NCBI GenBank assembly: GCA_046754465.1
Contig: JBHHVU010000045.1
Coordinates: 1-26,533 of the forward strand
Direction of reading: 5' to 3'
Source: Nitrospinaceae bacterium
GTDB taxonomy: Bacteria > Nitrospinota > Nitrospinia > Nitrospinales > VA-1
DNA length: 26,533 nucleotides
Each line of letters begins with the position of its first letter. Position 1 is the stretch's first letter. The notes under the pieces were generated by a model. It saw nothing but the letters and a program-made list of their open reading frames with translations, did no database searches and had not been told where the DNA came from. A program made the translations under genes and the position numbers. This document shows positions 1-10,886 of the stretch, piece after piece.

Positions 1-55
1 GGCCGAGGTCGACGGGCGGTTTAGATGGACCCATCTCCTTCCCACGGGGTGGGGT
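1..55 (+). repeat. Partial copy (3' part) of the ~98-bp hairpin-bracketed element; exact 55-bp direct repeat of 96-150
   Basis: 1-55 (GGCCGAGGTC...CCCACGGGGTGGGGT) is identical to 96-150, period 95 bp; cut by the window edge. Confidence 0.9.
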
Positions 56-150
56 GGCGAGCCGCCACGGGCAATTTGACATGCGTTATATGCCAGGCCG
101 AGGTCGACGGGCGGTTTAGATGGACCCATCTCCTTCCCACGGGGTGGGGT
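54..150 (+). repeat. Full copy of the dispersed element (96 bp between hairpin ends)
   Basis: 5' hairpin GTGGCG-AGC-CGCCAC (54-68), core GACATGCGTTATATG...GACCCATCTCC, 3' hairpin TCCCAC-GGG-GTGGGG (135-149). Confidence 0.8.
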
Positions 151-279
151 TGATTGTCAAATGTGAGGGGGTGTGTTACGATTTCCCTCCGCGTGGGAGC
201 CCGCCGTCCTGGGGGGTAACTCGTGGTTTTTTCCTTTTATCATGGATCCGTTCTTTTCCTGAAATCCGATTCACCACCC

Positions 280-2475
280 ATGACGCAACAAGGCAAACCA
301 CAAGGACGAGCCGATTTTCGCCTGCAGGGGACCGACGGTATCCGGCGCGAGGTGAAACCGGCTTCCTCTCCCGAATTCCGCGGCCTTACTCCGCAACAGG
401 TTTTTCTCGAGCGGGGAATCATCAGCGAAGCGTTCATGGAGTTGTATGCCTACGCCCATGTGTCGGACCTGATGAAGACGAAAAGGATGCGTGCGGGAGA
501 GGGATTCGTGGTGGGATGGGACCCTCGGGATATTGCGGGCACCTTCACCGGCGCCGTCGTCCGTGGGGTACGCAAAGCCAACGCCGCCGCCCTGGTCCTG
601 GGCGTCGTGCCCACACCGCTGGTACCGATTTACATGATGTATAAAAGCGCCGGGGGCGGAACCATGGTCACTGCGTCGCACAATCCCAAGGACCAGAATG
701 GCATCAAAACCTTTTGCGCCTTCCGGGGCATGAAGCTGTTGCCGGACAACGATATCGAACTGACCCGGACGGTCCTCGCCCTGGATTATAAAAGGGTGAA
801 AAAGCTCCCGCTGAAAGGAAAACGGGTCGACTGCCGCCGGGAGGGGTTGGAATTGTTCCGCAAGTTTTCCCTGCATCCGGACAATACGTGGTCCGAGCCC
901 CGGCCCGGACATCCCATTTCGTTCAAGGAGATCACGCTGGTGGTCGATCCGGCCAACGGGGCGCTTTCGGGAATCGCTGCGGAGGCCTTTCGCCTGGCAG
1001 GATTCGGACAGGTCGTCGAGGTAAACGCCCGGCTCAACGGAGACGTCAACCTTTGGAGCGGCGTGGCCGACCTGGAAGGTCACGCGTTAATCACCCCGGA
1101 AATGACCGCCAAGGGTTCGGGACATTTTCACCGGCACAAAGCCATCCTCAAACTCTTCGCGCTTGGCCGGAAATATAAAACTCAAATCCGGGAGGGCCGC
1201 CGCCGCGTCTGCGGGGCGGTATTCGACGCGGATGGCGACCGGTTCTACCGCTTGGATTACGACCCCATCCGGGACGCCCTGCTGGTTCTCAGCGGCGACG
1301 AGACGGCGTTTCTGCAGGCCCGGTACCTGATCGCGCGCGACCCGGAACGGTACCGGCGGTCCCTGTACATCAATACCGTGGAAAGCGATCTCAACGCGGC
1401 GGTGGCCGCGAAAGCAATGGGATTGAATCCGCTTCTCACCGCGGTGGGGGATAAATGGATTCTTCTCCGCGTCGCGGCGATGATCGCCGGGGCGCGGTTA
1501 CAGGCCATGAAAAAAAGGGTTCCAGCGGGGAAGTGGAATTCCCTCAATAAAAAACTGGGGCCGATCCGCAAAAACGGGACCTTGAACGTGTCCCGGTTTC
1601 AGGAAATCGAGGAGGCCCTGGATGCCTTGGATGAAAAAGGTCCGCACCGGCGGACCGGGTCCAAGAATCTGCCCCGCCTTCTCTTTGCCGTGGGCAGCGA
1701 GGAAACCGGGCACAATATCACCCTGGGGTGGCTGGACTGCCCCGGCGGCCGCCGGGAACCGGTGTTTTTCGGGAACGGATTGAAAAGCGCCCTCAACACC
1801 TTCGCCGCCACGCAATTCCTGTTTCGCAACAAGTCTGTCCGGACCTATTACTCCGGAATCCACAACCCGTTTCCGCCCGGATTCAAGGAGACGCTATACG
1901 TGTATTACATCCGCAAAGAGCTGTTCCGCAGAAATTCTGCCGTGTGGAAGCGGGTGAAGGGAACCATCCTCGAAGAAGGAAAGCGGATGGGTTACCTGGG
2001 AAAAACTGTGAATTTCCCCGAGGACCGGGATATGTTGTATTTATCGTTGAATTCCGGGACCGCCGGGGGCTCCACGGCCGCTGTGTTCGTCCGCAACTCC
2101 GGGACCGAAAACAAAATCAGCGTCAACCTCCGTGGCGGCCGAAAAGATTCCCGAAGCTTGAAACGGATCGGTGAAATGGCCATCCGCATTTTGCTTTCGG
2201 CCTTGAAGGACCCCGAAAACCATTATTATAAGCTGGAACTGGATGTTTTAAGCCAGGTGGCCGGCCATCCGGTTCCGGAGGATCAACTGGCCCTGGACGC
2301 GCGCTCCCGAACCCGCCTGTTGACGGAAATGGGCAAGCAGAACCTGATTCGGCTCACGCCGGGAGGCCATGGGCTGACGCCAAGGGGAAAATGGTATATC
2401 ACCAGTGACCTGGACGCGAACAGCGGCGGCCTGGCAAAAAGACCCCGGCGGCCCTCACGAAAGCGATCTCCATGA
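280..2475 (+). CDS. Alpha-D-phosphohexomutase (GlmM/PGM/PMM family), with an internal insertion and a C-terminal extension
   Basis: GTDGIR, catalytic TASHNP, metal loop DADGDR, VGDKW, GSEETGH, RNSGTE motifs; ATG at 280 preferred over GTG at 223. Confidence 0.85.
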   Translation: MTQQGKPQGRADFRLQGTDGIRREVKPASSPEFRGLTPQQVFLERGIISEAFMELYAYAHVSDLMKTKRMRAGEGFVVGWDPRDIAGTFTGAVVRGVRKANAAALVLGVVPTPLVPIYMMYKSAGGGTMVTASHNPKDQNGIKTFCAFRGMKLLPDNDIELTRTVLALDYKRVKKLPLKGKRVDCRREGLELFRKFSLHPDNTWSEPRPGHPISFKEITLVVDPANGALSGIAAEAFRLAGFGQVVEVNARLNGDVNLWSGVADLEGHALITPEMTAKGSGHFHRHKAILKLFALGRKYKTQIREGRRRVCGAVFDADGDRFYRLDYDPIRDALLVLSGDETAFLQARYLIARDPERYRRSLYINTVESDLNAAVAAKAMGLNPLLTAVGDKWILLRVAAMIAGARLQAMKKRVPAGKWNSLNKKLGPIRKNGTLNVSRFQEIEEALDALDEKGPHRRTGSKNLPRLLFAVGSEETGHNITLGWLDCPGGRREPVFFGNGLKSALNTFAATQFLFRNKSVRTYYSGIHNPFPPGFKETLYVYYIRKELFRRNSAVWKRVKGTILEEGKRMGYLGKTVNFPEDRDMLYLSLNSGTAGGSTAAVFVRNSGTENKISVNLRGGRKDSRSLKRIGEMAIRILLSALKDPENHYYKLELDVLSQVAGHPVPEDQLALDARSRTRLLTEMGKQNLIRLTPGGHGLTPRGKWYITSDLDANSGGLAKRPRRPSRKRSP

Positions 2476-3281
2476 TTCCACTCGATACTTTTTTCCCCCA
2501 TTTGAAGGAATTCAACCACCGCGGGATATTCGACGATATCGAATGGGTGTGGGATCCGCTCAAACGGCTCGGGGAAACGATCGGAACCCTGATCCGCGAG
2601 AAAGCCGGGGCGGCGGAGCGCGCCGAGGTTTTGGACGGAATGGCCCAAACAGACTCACCCTCATGGTGCGGGACCAAGGCGGGGCGAGGCATTTTCGTGG
2701 AGAGATGGATCGAAACGACGCGGGCGGTTTATCTCGCGGGACCGGAGGTGCTCATTGGACCGGGCACTCTGCTCGAGCCTTCCGCGATCATCAAAGGACC
2801 CGCCATCATCGGGGCGGACTGCGAAATCCGCCAGGGCGCCTACATCCGGGGAAACGTACTAGTGGGTGACCATTGCGTGATCGGGCACGCCACCGAGGTG
2901 AAAAACAGCGTGATCATGAACCACACCGAGTCGGGGCATTTCAACTATATCGGGGACAGCATAATCGGCAGCCATGTCAACCTGGGAGCGGGCTCGCGCC
3001 TGGCCAATTTCCAATTCCGCACGCCCGAGGAAAAAGAGAGAAACATCATCCGCCCCATCGAATTGAACATCGAGGGAAGCATGGTCCAGACGGGCATGGA
3101 AAAACTGGGGGCGGTCCTGGGCGACGCGGTGGAGGTTGGCTGCAACGCGGTGCTTTGTCCCGGAACCCTGGTGGGGAAAACCAACTGGATTTATCCAAAC
3201 ACCACGGTGCCCAAGGGATATTACCCGCCGGGCAAGTTTCTTGCGCCCAGGGACCGAAAACCCAGAATTTCGGACAAATGA
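2472..3281 (+). CDS. Left-handed beta-helix (hexapeptide) acetyltransferase resembling the C-terminal domain of archaeal-type GlmU / G1P-thymidylyltransferase
   Basis: Hexapeptide repeats; GAYIRG, EVKNS, HFNYIGDSIIG, NLGAG, KLGAVLGD motifs; ATGA overlap with the upstream mutase gene. Confidence 0.8.
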   Translation: MIPLDTFFPHLKEFNHRGIFDDIEWVWDPLKRLGETIGTLIREKAGAAERAEVLDGMAQTDSPSWCGTKAGRGIFVERWIETTRAVYLAGPEVLIGPGTLLEPSAIIKGPAIIGADCEIRQGAYIRGNVLVGDHCVIGHATEVKNSVIMNHTESGHFNYIGDSIIGSHVNLGAGSRLANFQFRTPEEKERNIIRPIELNIEGSMVQTGMEKLGAVLGDAVEVGCNAVLCPGTLVGKTNWIYPNTTVPKGYYPPGKFLAPRDRKPRISDK

Positions 3282-3400
3282 ATTGAAAACCCACTATAAT
3301 ACCCCGGGATCGCCCCGCGCCCGCAACTCATACCCCGGTACCCCCGGAAGGTTTTCCCTGGTGGGAACCGGTGTGAAAAATGTTGTAAAATGGTTGACGA

Positions 3401-3480
3401 GCGAGGGTGGCGGAACTGGTAGACGCGCTGGATTTAGGATCCAGTGGGCAACCGTGGGGGTTCGACTCCCCCCTCTCGCA
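3401..3480 (+). tRNA. tRNA-Leu(TAG); CCA not encoded
   Basis: Acceptor GCGAGGG/CTCTCGC plus discriminator A; D-arm GGCGGAACTGGTAGACGC; anticodon arm CTGGA-TTTAGGA-TCCAG (TAG at 3435-3437); long variable arm; T-arm GGGGG-TTCGACT-CCCCC; usual position upstream of tig. Confidence 0.97.
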
Positions 3481-3508
3481 TGACCTTTCACCCTTTTCCC
3501 GAAAAATC

Positions 3509-4858
3509 ATGAAAATTGAAATTGAGGACATCGATCCCTGCAATAAGAAGATTCATCTGGATATTCCTCACCAGGATTACAAGAAGGAGGTCAATAATTA
3601 TTACCGGTCCCTCAGCCGGGAAGTCAGCGTTCCTGGGTTCCGCAAGGGGAAAGTGCCAACGTCCATTCTGGAAAAACGGTTTGGTCCCCGGGTCAAACAG
3701 GAGGTATTGACCCAGCTCATCAGCGACCGGGTGAACCAGGCGATAGAGGAAAAGGGGCTCCGGGCCGTGAGCCGGCCCAATCTGTTGGAGGTTCACGCCG
3801 AAGAGGGAACGGACATCGCCGTTTCCGCGTCGGTGGAAGTTCTGCCGGAATTCGATCTCAAGGATTATTCCAGCCTCGAGTTGGAACTAAAAATTCCCCG
3901 CGTCACCGACGAGGAAGTCAACGAGGTGGTGGAGAGTTACCGGCAGCGCCACGCGAAAAGTGTTCCGGTGGAAGGCCGCGCCGCCAGGGAAAACGATATC
4001 CTCAAGATCGATTTCGTGGGGACCCTCGACGGAAAAACCTTCGAGGGGGGGGAGGCCCGGGGATACGTCATCCAACTGGGCGGCAAACAATTGATCCAGG
4101 GATTGGAGGATGCCCTTCAAGGAATGAAAATCGGCGAACAGAAAAATGTGAAGATCACCATTCCGGAAAATTATTTTGATAAGAACATCGCCGGCCGGGA
4201 AGTGGATTTTCAGATCACCCTCCACGGGATTCAGGTCAAGGAACTGCCGGAAGTGACCGATGAGTTTGCCCAGGCGGTGCTTGCGGATAACAAATTCGAG
4301 AACGTGGAGGACATGAAAAAGAGGATTCGCGAGGGCATTGAAAAGCATGAGAGAAAACAGGCCCGAAAAACGGCCCAGAAACAGTTGGCGGAAAAGATCA
4401 CCGAAATGAATCCCATCACGATGCCCGAAGGGCTGGTGCAGGAACAGATCCGTCACATGGTTTCAGAAGCAAAGAAAAAACAGGATCCTACCCGGACGCA
4501 CGATCACGGCCATGACCCGGAGAAGGACACCCCGGTGACCCAGGCCGACCAGGAAAAGTACCGGGAATCCGCAATCAAGATCCTGCAGCAGGAGCTGTTG
4601 ATCGATAAACTTTCCACCGGGCTTGGCATTGAAATCGAGCCCAAGGAACTCGACGCCGAGGTGAATCAATTGGCCCGGCTGCTGGGTATGGAAAATGTGG
4701 GAAAGGCACGAAAAGAGTGGGAACGCACCGGGGTGCTGGCCAAGCTGCACAACCGGATGCGCCGGGAAAAGACCCTGGATACCGTGCTGGACCAGATCAA
4801 GCTCAAGGAAGAAATGGTTGACAGAAAAGAGATAATTGCCGATAATCAAAGTAAATAA
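3509..4858 (+). CDS. tig: Trigger factor
   Basis: Ribosome-binding signature [14 protein letters not shown]-like domain ([15 protein letters not shown]); start moved to ATG 3509 because 3407 lies inside the tRNA. Confidence 0.96.
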   Translation: MKIEIEDIDPCNKKIHLDIPHQDYKKEVNNYYRSLSREVSVPGFRKGKVPTSILEKRFGPRVKQEVLTQLISDRVNQAIEEKGLRAVSRPNLLEVHAEEGTDIAVSASVEVLPEFDLKDYSSLELELKIPRVTDEEVNEVVESYRQRHAKSVPVEGRAARENDILKIDFVGTLDGKTFEGGEARGYVIQLGGKQLIQGLEDALQGMKIGEQKNVKITIPENYFDKNIAGREVDFQITLHGIQVKELPEVTDEFAQAVLADNKFENVEDMKKRIREGIEKHERKQARKTAQKQLAEKITEMNPITMPEGLVQEQIRHMVSEAKKKQDPTRTHDHGHDPEKDTPVTQADQEKYRESAIKILQQELLIDKLSTGLGIEIEPKELDAEVNQLARLLGMENVGKARKEWERTGVLAKLHNRMRREKTLDTVLDQIKLKEEMVDRKEIIADNQSK

Positions 4859-4971
4859 AGGCAACCTTATCTTGCTATTTTTTAATGACTTCCGCGTTTT
4901 TGGATCCCGAGGCCCGTTTTCGGCCCAGGGAGTTTCCCAAACTTTCCGCCATTCCCATTATAGAGAGAAAT

Positions 4972-5616
4972 ATGAGCGACACTTATAATCAGCTGGTACC
5001 CATTGTAGTGGAACAAACAAGCCGGGGCGAACGATCCTATGATATTTATTCGCGTCTGCTCAAGGATCGTATTATATTTATTGGGACGGCCATCGACGAT
5101 CATATCGCCAACCTGGCCATTGCCCAGTTGTTGTTTCTGGAATCCGATGAACCCGAACAGGATATTTATCTGTACATAAACAGTCCGGGAGGCCACGTGA
5201 GCGCTGGCCTGGGGATTTACGACACCATGCAGTACATCAAACCGGATGTTCAGACCATTTGCATGGGGCAGGCGGCGAGCATGGGCGCCCTGTTGCTGGC
5301 GGCCGGCACCAAGGGGAAACGGTTTGCCCTCCCGCATGCCAGGATCATGATCCATCAGCCCAGTGGCGGGTTCCAGGGACAACATTCGGACATCGAAATC
5401 CAGGCCAAGGAAATCTCCAAAATCCGGTCCTCCCTCGATCATATCCTGGCCAATCACTCCGGGAAGAACGTGGAGCAGGTGCATAAAGACACCGAACGGG
5501 ACCATTTCATGACGGGAGAGGAGGCCAAGGATTACGGCTTGATCGACAGCGTCATCGCCAGGCGGGAAGAAGTCAAGGTGAAAGCCAAAACCGAGGAAAA
5601 GGAAAAAAAGAAATAG
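4972..5616 (+). CDS. clpP: ATP-dependent Clp protease proteolytic subunit
   Basis: [30 protein letters not shown] (catalytic Ser), RIMIHQP (His), ERD; ATG 4972 after GAGAG. Confidence 0.98.
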   Translation: MSDTYNQLVPIVVEQTSRGERSYDIYSRLLKDRIIFIGTAIDDHIANLAIAQLLFLESDEPEQDIYLYINSPGGHVSAGLGIYDTMQYIKPDVQTICMGQAASMGALLLAAGTKGKRFALPHARIMIHQPSGGFQGQHSDIEIQAKEISKIRSSLDHILANHSGKNVEQVHKDTERDHFMTGEEAKDYGLIDSVIARREEVKVKAKTEEKEKKK

Positions 5617-5684
5617 AATGATAAAATCAAGCCGAGAACGGGGTGGTCATCCCCCCTTGCTTGGGACATTATTTAGGGGAAATC

Positions 5685-6932
5685 ATGGCTAAGAAAAACT
5701 CAACCTCTGGTAATTTTAGATGTTCCTTTTGCGGAAAGAGCCAAGATGAGGTGAAAAAACTCATCGCCGGGCCCACCGTTTACATCTGTGATGAGTGTAT
5801 CGAACTGTGTAACGAAATCATGGTGGAGGAATGGGCCCAGGAGAAAAGCGAGGACTTTCAACACCTCCTGAAACCCAAGGATATCTATAAACACCTCGAC
5901 CAGTACATTGTGGGTCAGGACCGTTGCAAAAGGATCCTGTCGGTGGCGGTCCACAACCATTTCAAGCGGGTGGATTCCGGGATCGACCTGGAAGACGTGG
6001 AACTGCAGAAAAGCAACGTCCTTCTGATCGGCCCCACCGGTTCGGGAAAAACCTTGATGGCGCAAACCCTCGCCAAAATCCTGGACGTCCCGTTCACCAT
6101 CGTGGACGCGACCACCCTCACCGAGGCGGGTTATGTGGGGGAGGATGTCGAAAATATAATCCTCAAACTGTTGCAGAACGCAGATTACGACGTGGAGAAG
6201 GCCGAGCGGGGAATCATTTATATCGATGAAGTCGACAAGATCTCCCGGAAATCCGAAAACCCGTCCATCACCCGCGACGTTTCCGGGGAAGGGGTCCAGC
6301 AGGCCCTTCTCAAGATCATCGAGGGAACTACCGCAAGCGTTCCCCCGCAGGGAGGACGCAAGCACCCGCACCAGGAATTTTTACAGGTGGACACCACGAA
6401 TATCCTTTTCATCTGCGGGGGCGCGTTCGTGGGCCTGGGCGGCCTCATCCGCAACCGCATCGGTAAAAAGACCCTGGGTTTCGGGCAGGAAATCGTCAAC
6501 AAGTCGGAGAGGGAAGACGAGGCGATCCTCGAGAAAGTACAGCCCGAGGATTTGCTCAAATACGGGCTGATCCCCGAATTTGTCGGGCGGTTTTCGGCCG
6601 TCGCCACGTTGAGGGAGCTGGATGTGAAAGCGTTGATGATGGTTTTGACCGAGCCCAAGAACGCCCTGGTCAAACAATACGGCAAACTTTTTGAGTTCGA
6701 AAACGTCAAACTGAAATTCACCGACGGAGCCATTCGCGCCGTTGCGGATAAGGCGATCAAAAGAAAAACTGGCGCCCGGGGGTTGCGCGCCGTTTTGGAA
6801 GAAACCATGCTCGATATCATGTTCGACCTGCCCTCCAGCAAGGATGTGGAGGAGGTGGTCATCAGTGAAGAGGTGGTCTTGAAAAACGAAAAACCCCTCC
6901 TGGTTTACCAGAATCGGAAGCAGGCAAGTTGA
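5685..6932 (+). CDS. clpX: Clp protease ATP-binding subunit ClpX
   Basis: C4 zinc finger CSFC...CDEC, Walker [42 protein letters not shown] loop; ATG 5685 after AGGGGA. Confidence 0.98.
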   Translation: MAKKNSTSGNFRCSFCGKSQDEVKKLIAGPTVYICDECIELCNEIMVEEWAQEKSEDFQHLLKPKDIYKHLDQYIVGQDRCKRILSVAVHNHFKRVDSGIDLEDVELQKSNVLLIGPTGSGKTLMAQTLAKILDVPFTIVDATTLTEAGYVGEDVENIILKLLQNADYDVEKAERGIIYIDEVDKISRKSENPSITRDVSGEGVQQALLKIIEGTTASVPPQGGRKHPHQEFLQVDTTNILFICGGAFVGLGGLIRNRIGKKTLGFGQEIVNKSEREDEAILEKVQPEDLLKYGLIPEFVGRFSAVATLRELDVKALMMVLTEPKNALVKQYGKLFEFENVKLKFTDGAIRAVADKAIKRKTGARGLRAVLEETMLDIMFDLPSSKDVEEVVISEEVVLKNEKPLLVYQNRKQAS

Positions 6933-6933
6933 A

Positions 6934-9348
6934 ATGAGTTCCGAGAAAATGGTGTTGCCCCTCCTCCCTTTGAGGGATATTGTCGTATTCCCCTTCATGG
7001 TCCTACCACTTTTTGTTGGCAGGGAGAAGTCCGTTCGCGCCTTGGAAAAATCCATGGCCGAACAGAAATACATCCTGCTTGCCGCCCAGCGGAATCCCGG
7101 CAACAACGACCCCGCTCCCGGTGACATTTATGAAACCGGGACCTTGGCCAACATCCTTCAGATCCTGAAATTGACCGATGGAACCATGAAAGTGCTGGTG
7201 GAGGGAATCCAGCGCGGCCGCATCAATTCCTTTCAGGATAATCCGGATTTTTACGAGGTGGAAGTCGTGAAAATCCAGGAAAGCAGCGAGGTATCGCCCG
7301 ACGTCAAGGCATTGATGCGCAGCGTGGGCACCGTTTTTGACCAGTATGTCAAGCTCAACCAGAAGATTCCCCTGGAAGCGGTATCCGCCTCCGCCAACAT
7401 CGTCGAACCGAACCGTTACGCCGACACCATCGCCGCCTACATGGTTTTGCAAACCGCAGAGAAACAGGACCTCCTGGAGACCTACCATCCCGCCGACCGG
7501 TTGAACAAACTGCTGGCCAGTCTCAAGTCGGAGATGGAGGTCCTTAAGATCGAGAAGCGGGTGCACGGCCGGGTCCGCAAGCAGATGGAGCGGAGCCAGA
7601 AAGAGTTTTACCTGAACGAACAGATCAAGGCCATCCAAAAGGAACTCGGCAAACGCGACGAATTCAAGACGGATATCGATGAACTGACGCACAAAATCAA
7701 AAAAGCCAAAATGCCGAAAGAGGTTCATGAAAAGGCCATGAAGGAACTCCGCCGGCTGGAACTCATGCAACCCATGTCGGCGGAGGCCACGGTTTCGCGA
7801 ACCTATATCGATTGGCTGGTTGATCTGCCCTGGAAAAAAGCCCCGGGGGCGGACAAAATAAAAATCGACGCGGCGCAAAAAATCCTTGACGAAGACCACT
7901 ACGGCCTGGAGAAAGTCAAGGAGCGGATCATCGAACACCTGGCGGTTCTAAAGCTGGTCAAAAAGATCAAGGGACCCATCCTTTGCCTGGTGGGTCCGCC
8001 GGGGGTGGGAAAAACGTCCCTGGGAAAATCCATGGCCCGGGCCATGGGACGGAAATTCGTCCGCGTCTCCCTGGGAGGTATCCGGGATGAAGCGGAGATT
8101 CGTGGCCACCGCCGGACCTACATCGGCGCCTTGCCTGGAAAAATTATCCAGGGCATGAAAAAAGCCGGGGTGGCCAATCCGGTATTCATGCTGGACGAAG
8201 TGGATAAAATGACCAGCGATTTTCGCGGCGATCCCTCCTCCGCCCTGCTGGAGGTTCTGGACCCCGAGCAAAACTCCAATTTCAACGACCACTATCTGGA
8301 AGTCGATTACGACCTGTCCCAGGTTCTGTTCGTTTGCACCGCCAATGTGCTGCACACCATTCCCCGGCCCCTGCTGGACCGCATGGAGGTTTTACGCCTT
8401 CCCGGGTATACCAGCCAAGAGAAAACCGGGATCGCTGAAAACTTCCTGATTCCCAAGAAACTGCAGGAACACGGGCTCCTCCCTAAAAATGTCCAGTTCG
8501 GAACAAGCGTTCTCGAACGGATCATCCAGGAATACACCCGGGAGGCGGGAGTGAGAAATTTGGAACGGGAAATCGCCTCCGTTTGCCGGAAGGTGGTTAA
8601 GGAAGTCGTAGAGACCGGGAAAAAATTTTCCCTGCGGCTTCGTTCCTCCTCCCTGGAGAAGTACCTGGGCATTCCAAAATTTCAAAAACAGGAAACCGCC
8701 GTGCCCCTGGATATCGGAGTGGCCACCGGAATGGCCTGGACCGAATTCGGCGGGGAACTGCTCTATATCGAGGTGACCGCCATCCCGGGAAACGGCAAAC
8801 TGGTCCCTACCGGGAAACTGGGTGAGGTCATGAAGGAATCCGCCCAGGCGGCCATGACCTATGTCCGGTCCCGGGCCGGTGAACTGGGTCTGCCAAAAAA
8901 TTTCTATCAGAAGATGGATTTTCATATCCATATCCCCGAGGGCGCGGTTCCCAAGGATGGTCCCTCCGCGGGCATCGCCATGGCCGTGGCCCTGGTGTCT
9001 GCCCTGACCAAAACCCCCGTCCGCCACGACGTGACCCTCACCGGCGAATTGACCCTCACCGGCAAGGTTCTGCCCATCGGCGGATTGAAGGAGAAAATTC
9101 TTGCCGCGCACCGGGCGAAAATTCCCAACATTGTCCTCCCCCAGGACAACGAAAAGGATATTGCCGATATTCCGGAGAATGTACAAAAAGCCCTGAAATT
9201 TCACCCGGCACGGAACATGGACGAAGTGATCCGCCTGGCTTTTGACAAAAAATATAAATTCGGTAAAAAACGCGCCTCCGCCACGAAAACCAAGAGCCCC
9301 AGAAAACCCACCGGCCCCAGGCGGCCATCCGTCACCACTCTGAATTAG
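6934..9348 (+). CDS. lon: Lon (La) protease
   Basis: LPLLPLRD N-domain, [30 protein letters not shown] (Ser) and GGLKEK (Lys) dyad. Confidence 0.98.
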   Translation: MSSEKMVLPLLPLRDIVVFPFMVLPLFVGREKSVRALEKSMAEQKYILLAAQRNPGNNDPAPGDIYETGTLANILQILKLTDGTMKVLVEGIQRGRINSFQDNPDFYEVEVVKIQESSEVSPDVKALMRSVGTVFDQYVKLNQKIPLEAVSASANIVEPNRYADTIAAYMVLQTAEKQDLLETYHPADRLNKLLASLKSEMEVLKIEKRVHGRVRKQMERSQKEFYLNEQIKAIQKELGKRDEFKTDIDELTHKIKKAKMPKEVHEKAMKELRRLELMQPMSAEATVSRTYIDWLVDLPWKKAPGADKIKIDAAQKILDEDHYGLEKVKERIIEHLAVLKLVKKIKGPILCLVGPPGVGKTSLGKSMARAMGRKFVRVSLGGIRDEAEIRGHRRTYIGALPGKIIQGMKKAGVANPVFMLDEVDKMTSDFRGDPSSALLEVLDPEQNSNFNDHYLEVDYDLSQVLFVCTANVLHTIPRPLLDRMEVLRLPGYTSQEKTGIAENFLIPKKLQEHGLLPKNVQFGTSVLERIIQEYTREAGVRNLEREIASVCRKVVKEVVETGKKFSLRLRSSSLEKYLGIPKFQKQETAVPLDIGVATGMAWTEFGGELLYIEVTAIPGNGKLVPTGKLGEVMKESAQAAMTYVRSRAGELGLPKNFYQKMDFHIHIPEGAVPKDGPSAGIAMAVALVSALTKTPVRHDVTLTGELTLTGKVLPIGGLKEKILAAHRAKIPNIVLPQDNEKDIADIPENVQKALKFHPARNMDEVIRLAFDKKYKFGKKRASATKTKSPRKPTGPRRPSVTTLN

Positions 9349-9386
9349 CGTCAACTCTTCAAGTCAACTTTTCAAAAGGAAGGGAA

Positions 9387-9764
9387 ATGGCGAAAAAGAA
9401 AATTTTGATCATTGACGATGAAAGGGACGTTCGTGAGGTGATCATGATCCACCTCGCCCAGGCGGGTTACCAATTTCTGGAGGCGGGAAACGGAGAAGAG
9501 GCCATTCATATTTTGCAGGAGGGGGACAACCGGGGCCGTGTGGGCTTGATCCTTTGCGATATTCGTATGCCCAAGGTCAACGGACTGAATTGCATCGACT
9601 TTATTTTGAAGGAAGCGCCCGCGACCCCCGTGGTGGTGATCACCGCCGCGCCAGACGAGGACTTATCCGAGTATTTAATCGGGAAAGGGGTGAAAGATTA
9701 TCTTGTCAAACCCGTTTCCAAATCGAAACTCATTGAAACCGTCAACCGGTTCATCGCCCCCTAA
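9387..9764 (+). CDS. Single-domain response regulator (CheY-like receiver)
   Basis: ILIIDDE, LCDIRMP (phospho-Asp), VITA, YLVKP; SD GGAAGGGA. Confidence 0.9.
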   Translation: MAKKKILIIDDERDVREVIMIHLAQAGYQFLEAGNGEEAIHILQEGDNRGRVGLILCDIRMPKVNGLNCIDFILKEAPATPVVVITAAPDEDLSEYLIGKGVKDYLVKPVSKSKLIETVNRFIAP

Positions 9765-9776
9765 TTCGAGACCTTC

Positions 9777-9839
9777 CCCCGCCCCGCGGGGAGGGAATAG
9801 GTCGTAGCATCATCGCCAGCCCACCTGGGTCCGCCATAT
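9777..9839 (-). repeat. 5'-truncated copy of the dispersed element
   Basis: Reverse strand reads ATATGGCGGACCCAGGTGGGCTGGCGATGATGCTACGACCTATTCCCT followed by hairpin CCCCGC-GGG-GCGGGG. Confidence 0.8.
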
Positions 9840-10420
9840 CAGGATAGAATTAGTTTCCAGTCCAATTCCACCATTCCCTTTTGAATTTCTTCTTTTGTAT
9901 ACTTGGGAGTTATATGCTGCGGACAATTCCAATCAAAGGCATGAACTTTTAAGATAAAAATTCGCTCAATAGTGGCATCGTAATCTGGTATTTCAACTTT
10001 CTCTAGCAGATCAGGATGATCGGCAGCGTGGAGAACTTCAGCCTCGGCCCAGATTTTCAATCTCTGCTGTTTCGCATAATCCATAAAAAACAAAACCGTC
10101 TTTTTTGTAGCGTTCAAATTTCCCGTGCTGATGTACTGCCCGTTTCCCCGAAAATCCGCAAACGCCAAAATATTATCGTCGATTGCTTTTAAAAATCCTT
10201 TAGGCCCTCCGCGGAACTGCATATAAGGCCAGCTGTTTTCACCTACAGAAGCCATATAAAAACTGTCCCTGTTTTTGATATAGCCCTTTTCCTGCCAAGT
10301 GAGCTTGTTGCGAAATTCACTTTTGCTCTCCATCTTTTGATAGGGAGTTCGAGTTCCATATTTTTCCTGGACGTCTCGGACACTATCGTTGAATGCGAAT
10401 TCCATAAAATGTTTTGCCAT
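9839..10420 (-). CDS. Pyridoxamine 5'-phosphate oxidase-like FMN-binding protein
   Basis: FYMASV..WPYMQFRGGPKGFLK, LAFADFRGNGQYISTGNL, RLKIW, FDWNCPQHITP; SD AAGGAG. Confidence 0.85.
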   Translation of the reverse strand: MAKHFMEFAFNDSVRDVQEKYGTRTPYQKMESKSEFRNKLTWQEKGYIKNRDSFYMASVGENSWPYMQFRGGPKGFLKAIDDNILAFADFRGNGQYISTGNLNATKKTVLFFMDYAKQQRLKIWAEAEVLHAADHPDLLEKVEIPDYDATIERIFILKVHAFDWNCPQHITPKYTKEEIQKGMVELDWKLILS

Positions 10421-10456
10421 GACTTAATCTCCTTTTCGCATTTATTGAAAACATTG

Positions 10457-10477
10457 CCCCCCGCGAAAAGCGGGGGG
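10457..10477 (-). terminator. GC hairpin between the DsrE-like and PNPOx-like genes (possible terminator, pause or mRNA-stability element)
   Basis: CCCCCCGC-TTTTC-GCGGGGGG on the minus strand; U-tract only partial (CAATGTTTT). Confidence 0.4.
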
Positions 10478-10489
10478 GACCAAATAGTT

Positions 10490-10852
10490 TTAGAAGGTGA
10501 TGACATTAAAACCCTGTTCCTGGAGGTTGCTCAGACTGGGAAGACCGGTGGTTTTTGGGACCCGGTTGTCGGTGATTAAATCCAATCCCGAGGGATTGGC
10601 TCCGAACACATCCGCGCACGCACAGGATACGCCCTGGATCTTATCTTCCACGGCCTTATATAATTCATGCGCGGGATGATCCTCTTTCTGGAGCACTTCC
10701 GGCCACCTCGTTCCCGCGCCTTGAAAGAGAATGGATACTTCCTTACCGGCACTCTTAAAATCGTAAGCAGCCGCCAGGGCATTGAAGACTCGTCCTAAAG
10801 CTTCTTCTGATCCACCTTGAGGGTCCGAAAGAATGGTGATCGCGGTTTTCAT
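10490..10852 (-). CDS. DsrE/DsrF-like protein
   Basis: 120 aa; ILFQGAGT, GVSCACADVFG, terminal GFNVITF typical of the DsrE fold; SD AAGGAG. Confidence 0.7.
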   Translation of the reverse strand: MKTAITILSDPQGGSEEALGRVFNALAAAYDFKSAGKEVSILFQGAGTRWPEVLQKEDHPAHELYKAVEDKIQGVSCACADVFGANPSGLDLITDNRVPKTTGLPSLSNLQEQGFNVITF

Positions 10853-10886
10853 GATGATTCTCCTTATGTTTAATGGGAAGGTTGAA

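Noticed and set aside
1..150. CRISPR array (55-bp repeat plus 40-bp spacer)
   Set aside because: The 'spacer' is itself homologous to other copies of the dispersed element, only two units are visible, and there are no cas genes
3401..3480. tRNA as integration site of an island
   Set aside because: Followed directly by tig, no duplicated tRNA 3' end noticed, and no integrase
3407..3508. N-terminal extension of trigger factor in the ORF track
   Set aside because: It is read through the tRNA-Leu gene; ATG 3509 gives a normal Tig N-terminus
4861..4884. Terminator between tig and clpP
   Set aside because: Only a weak 4-bp stem before the T-run
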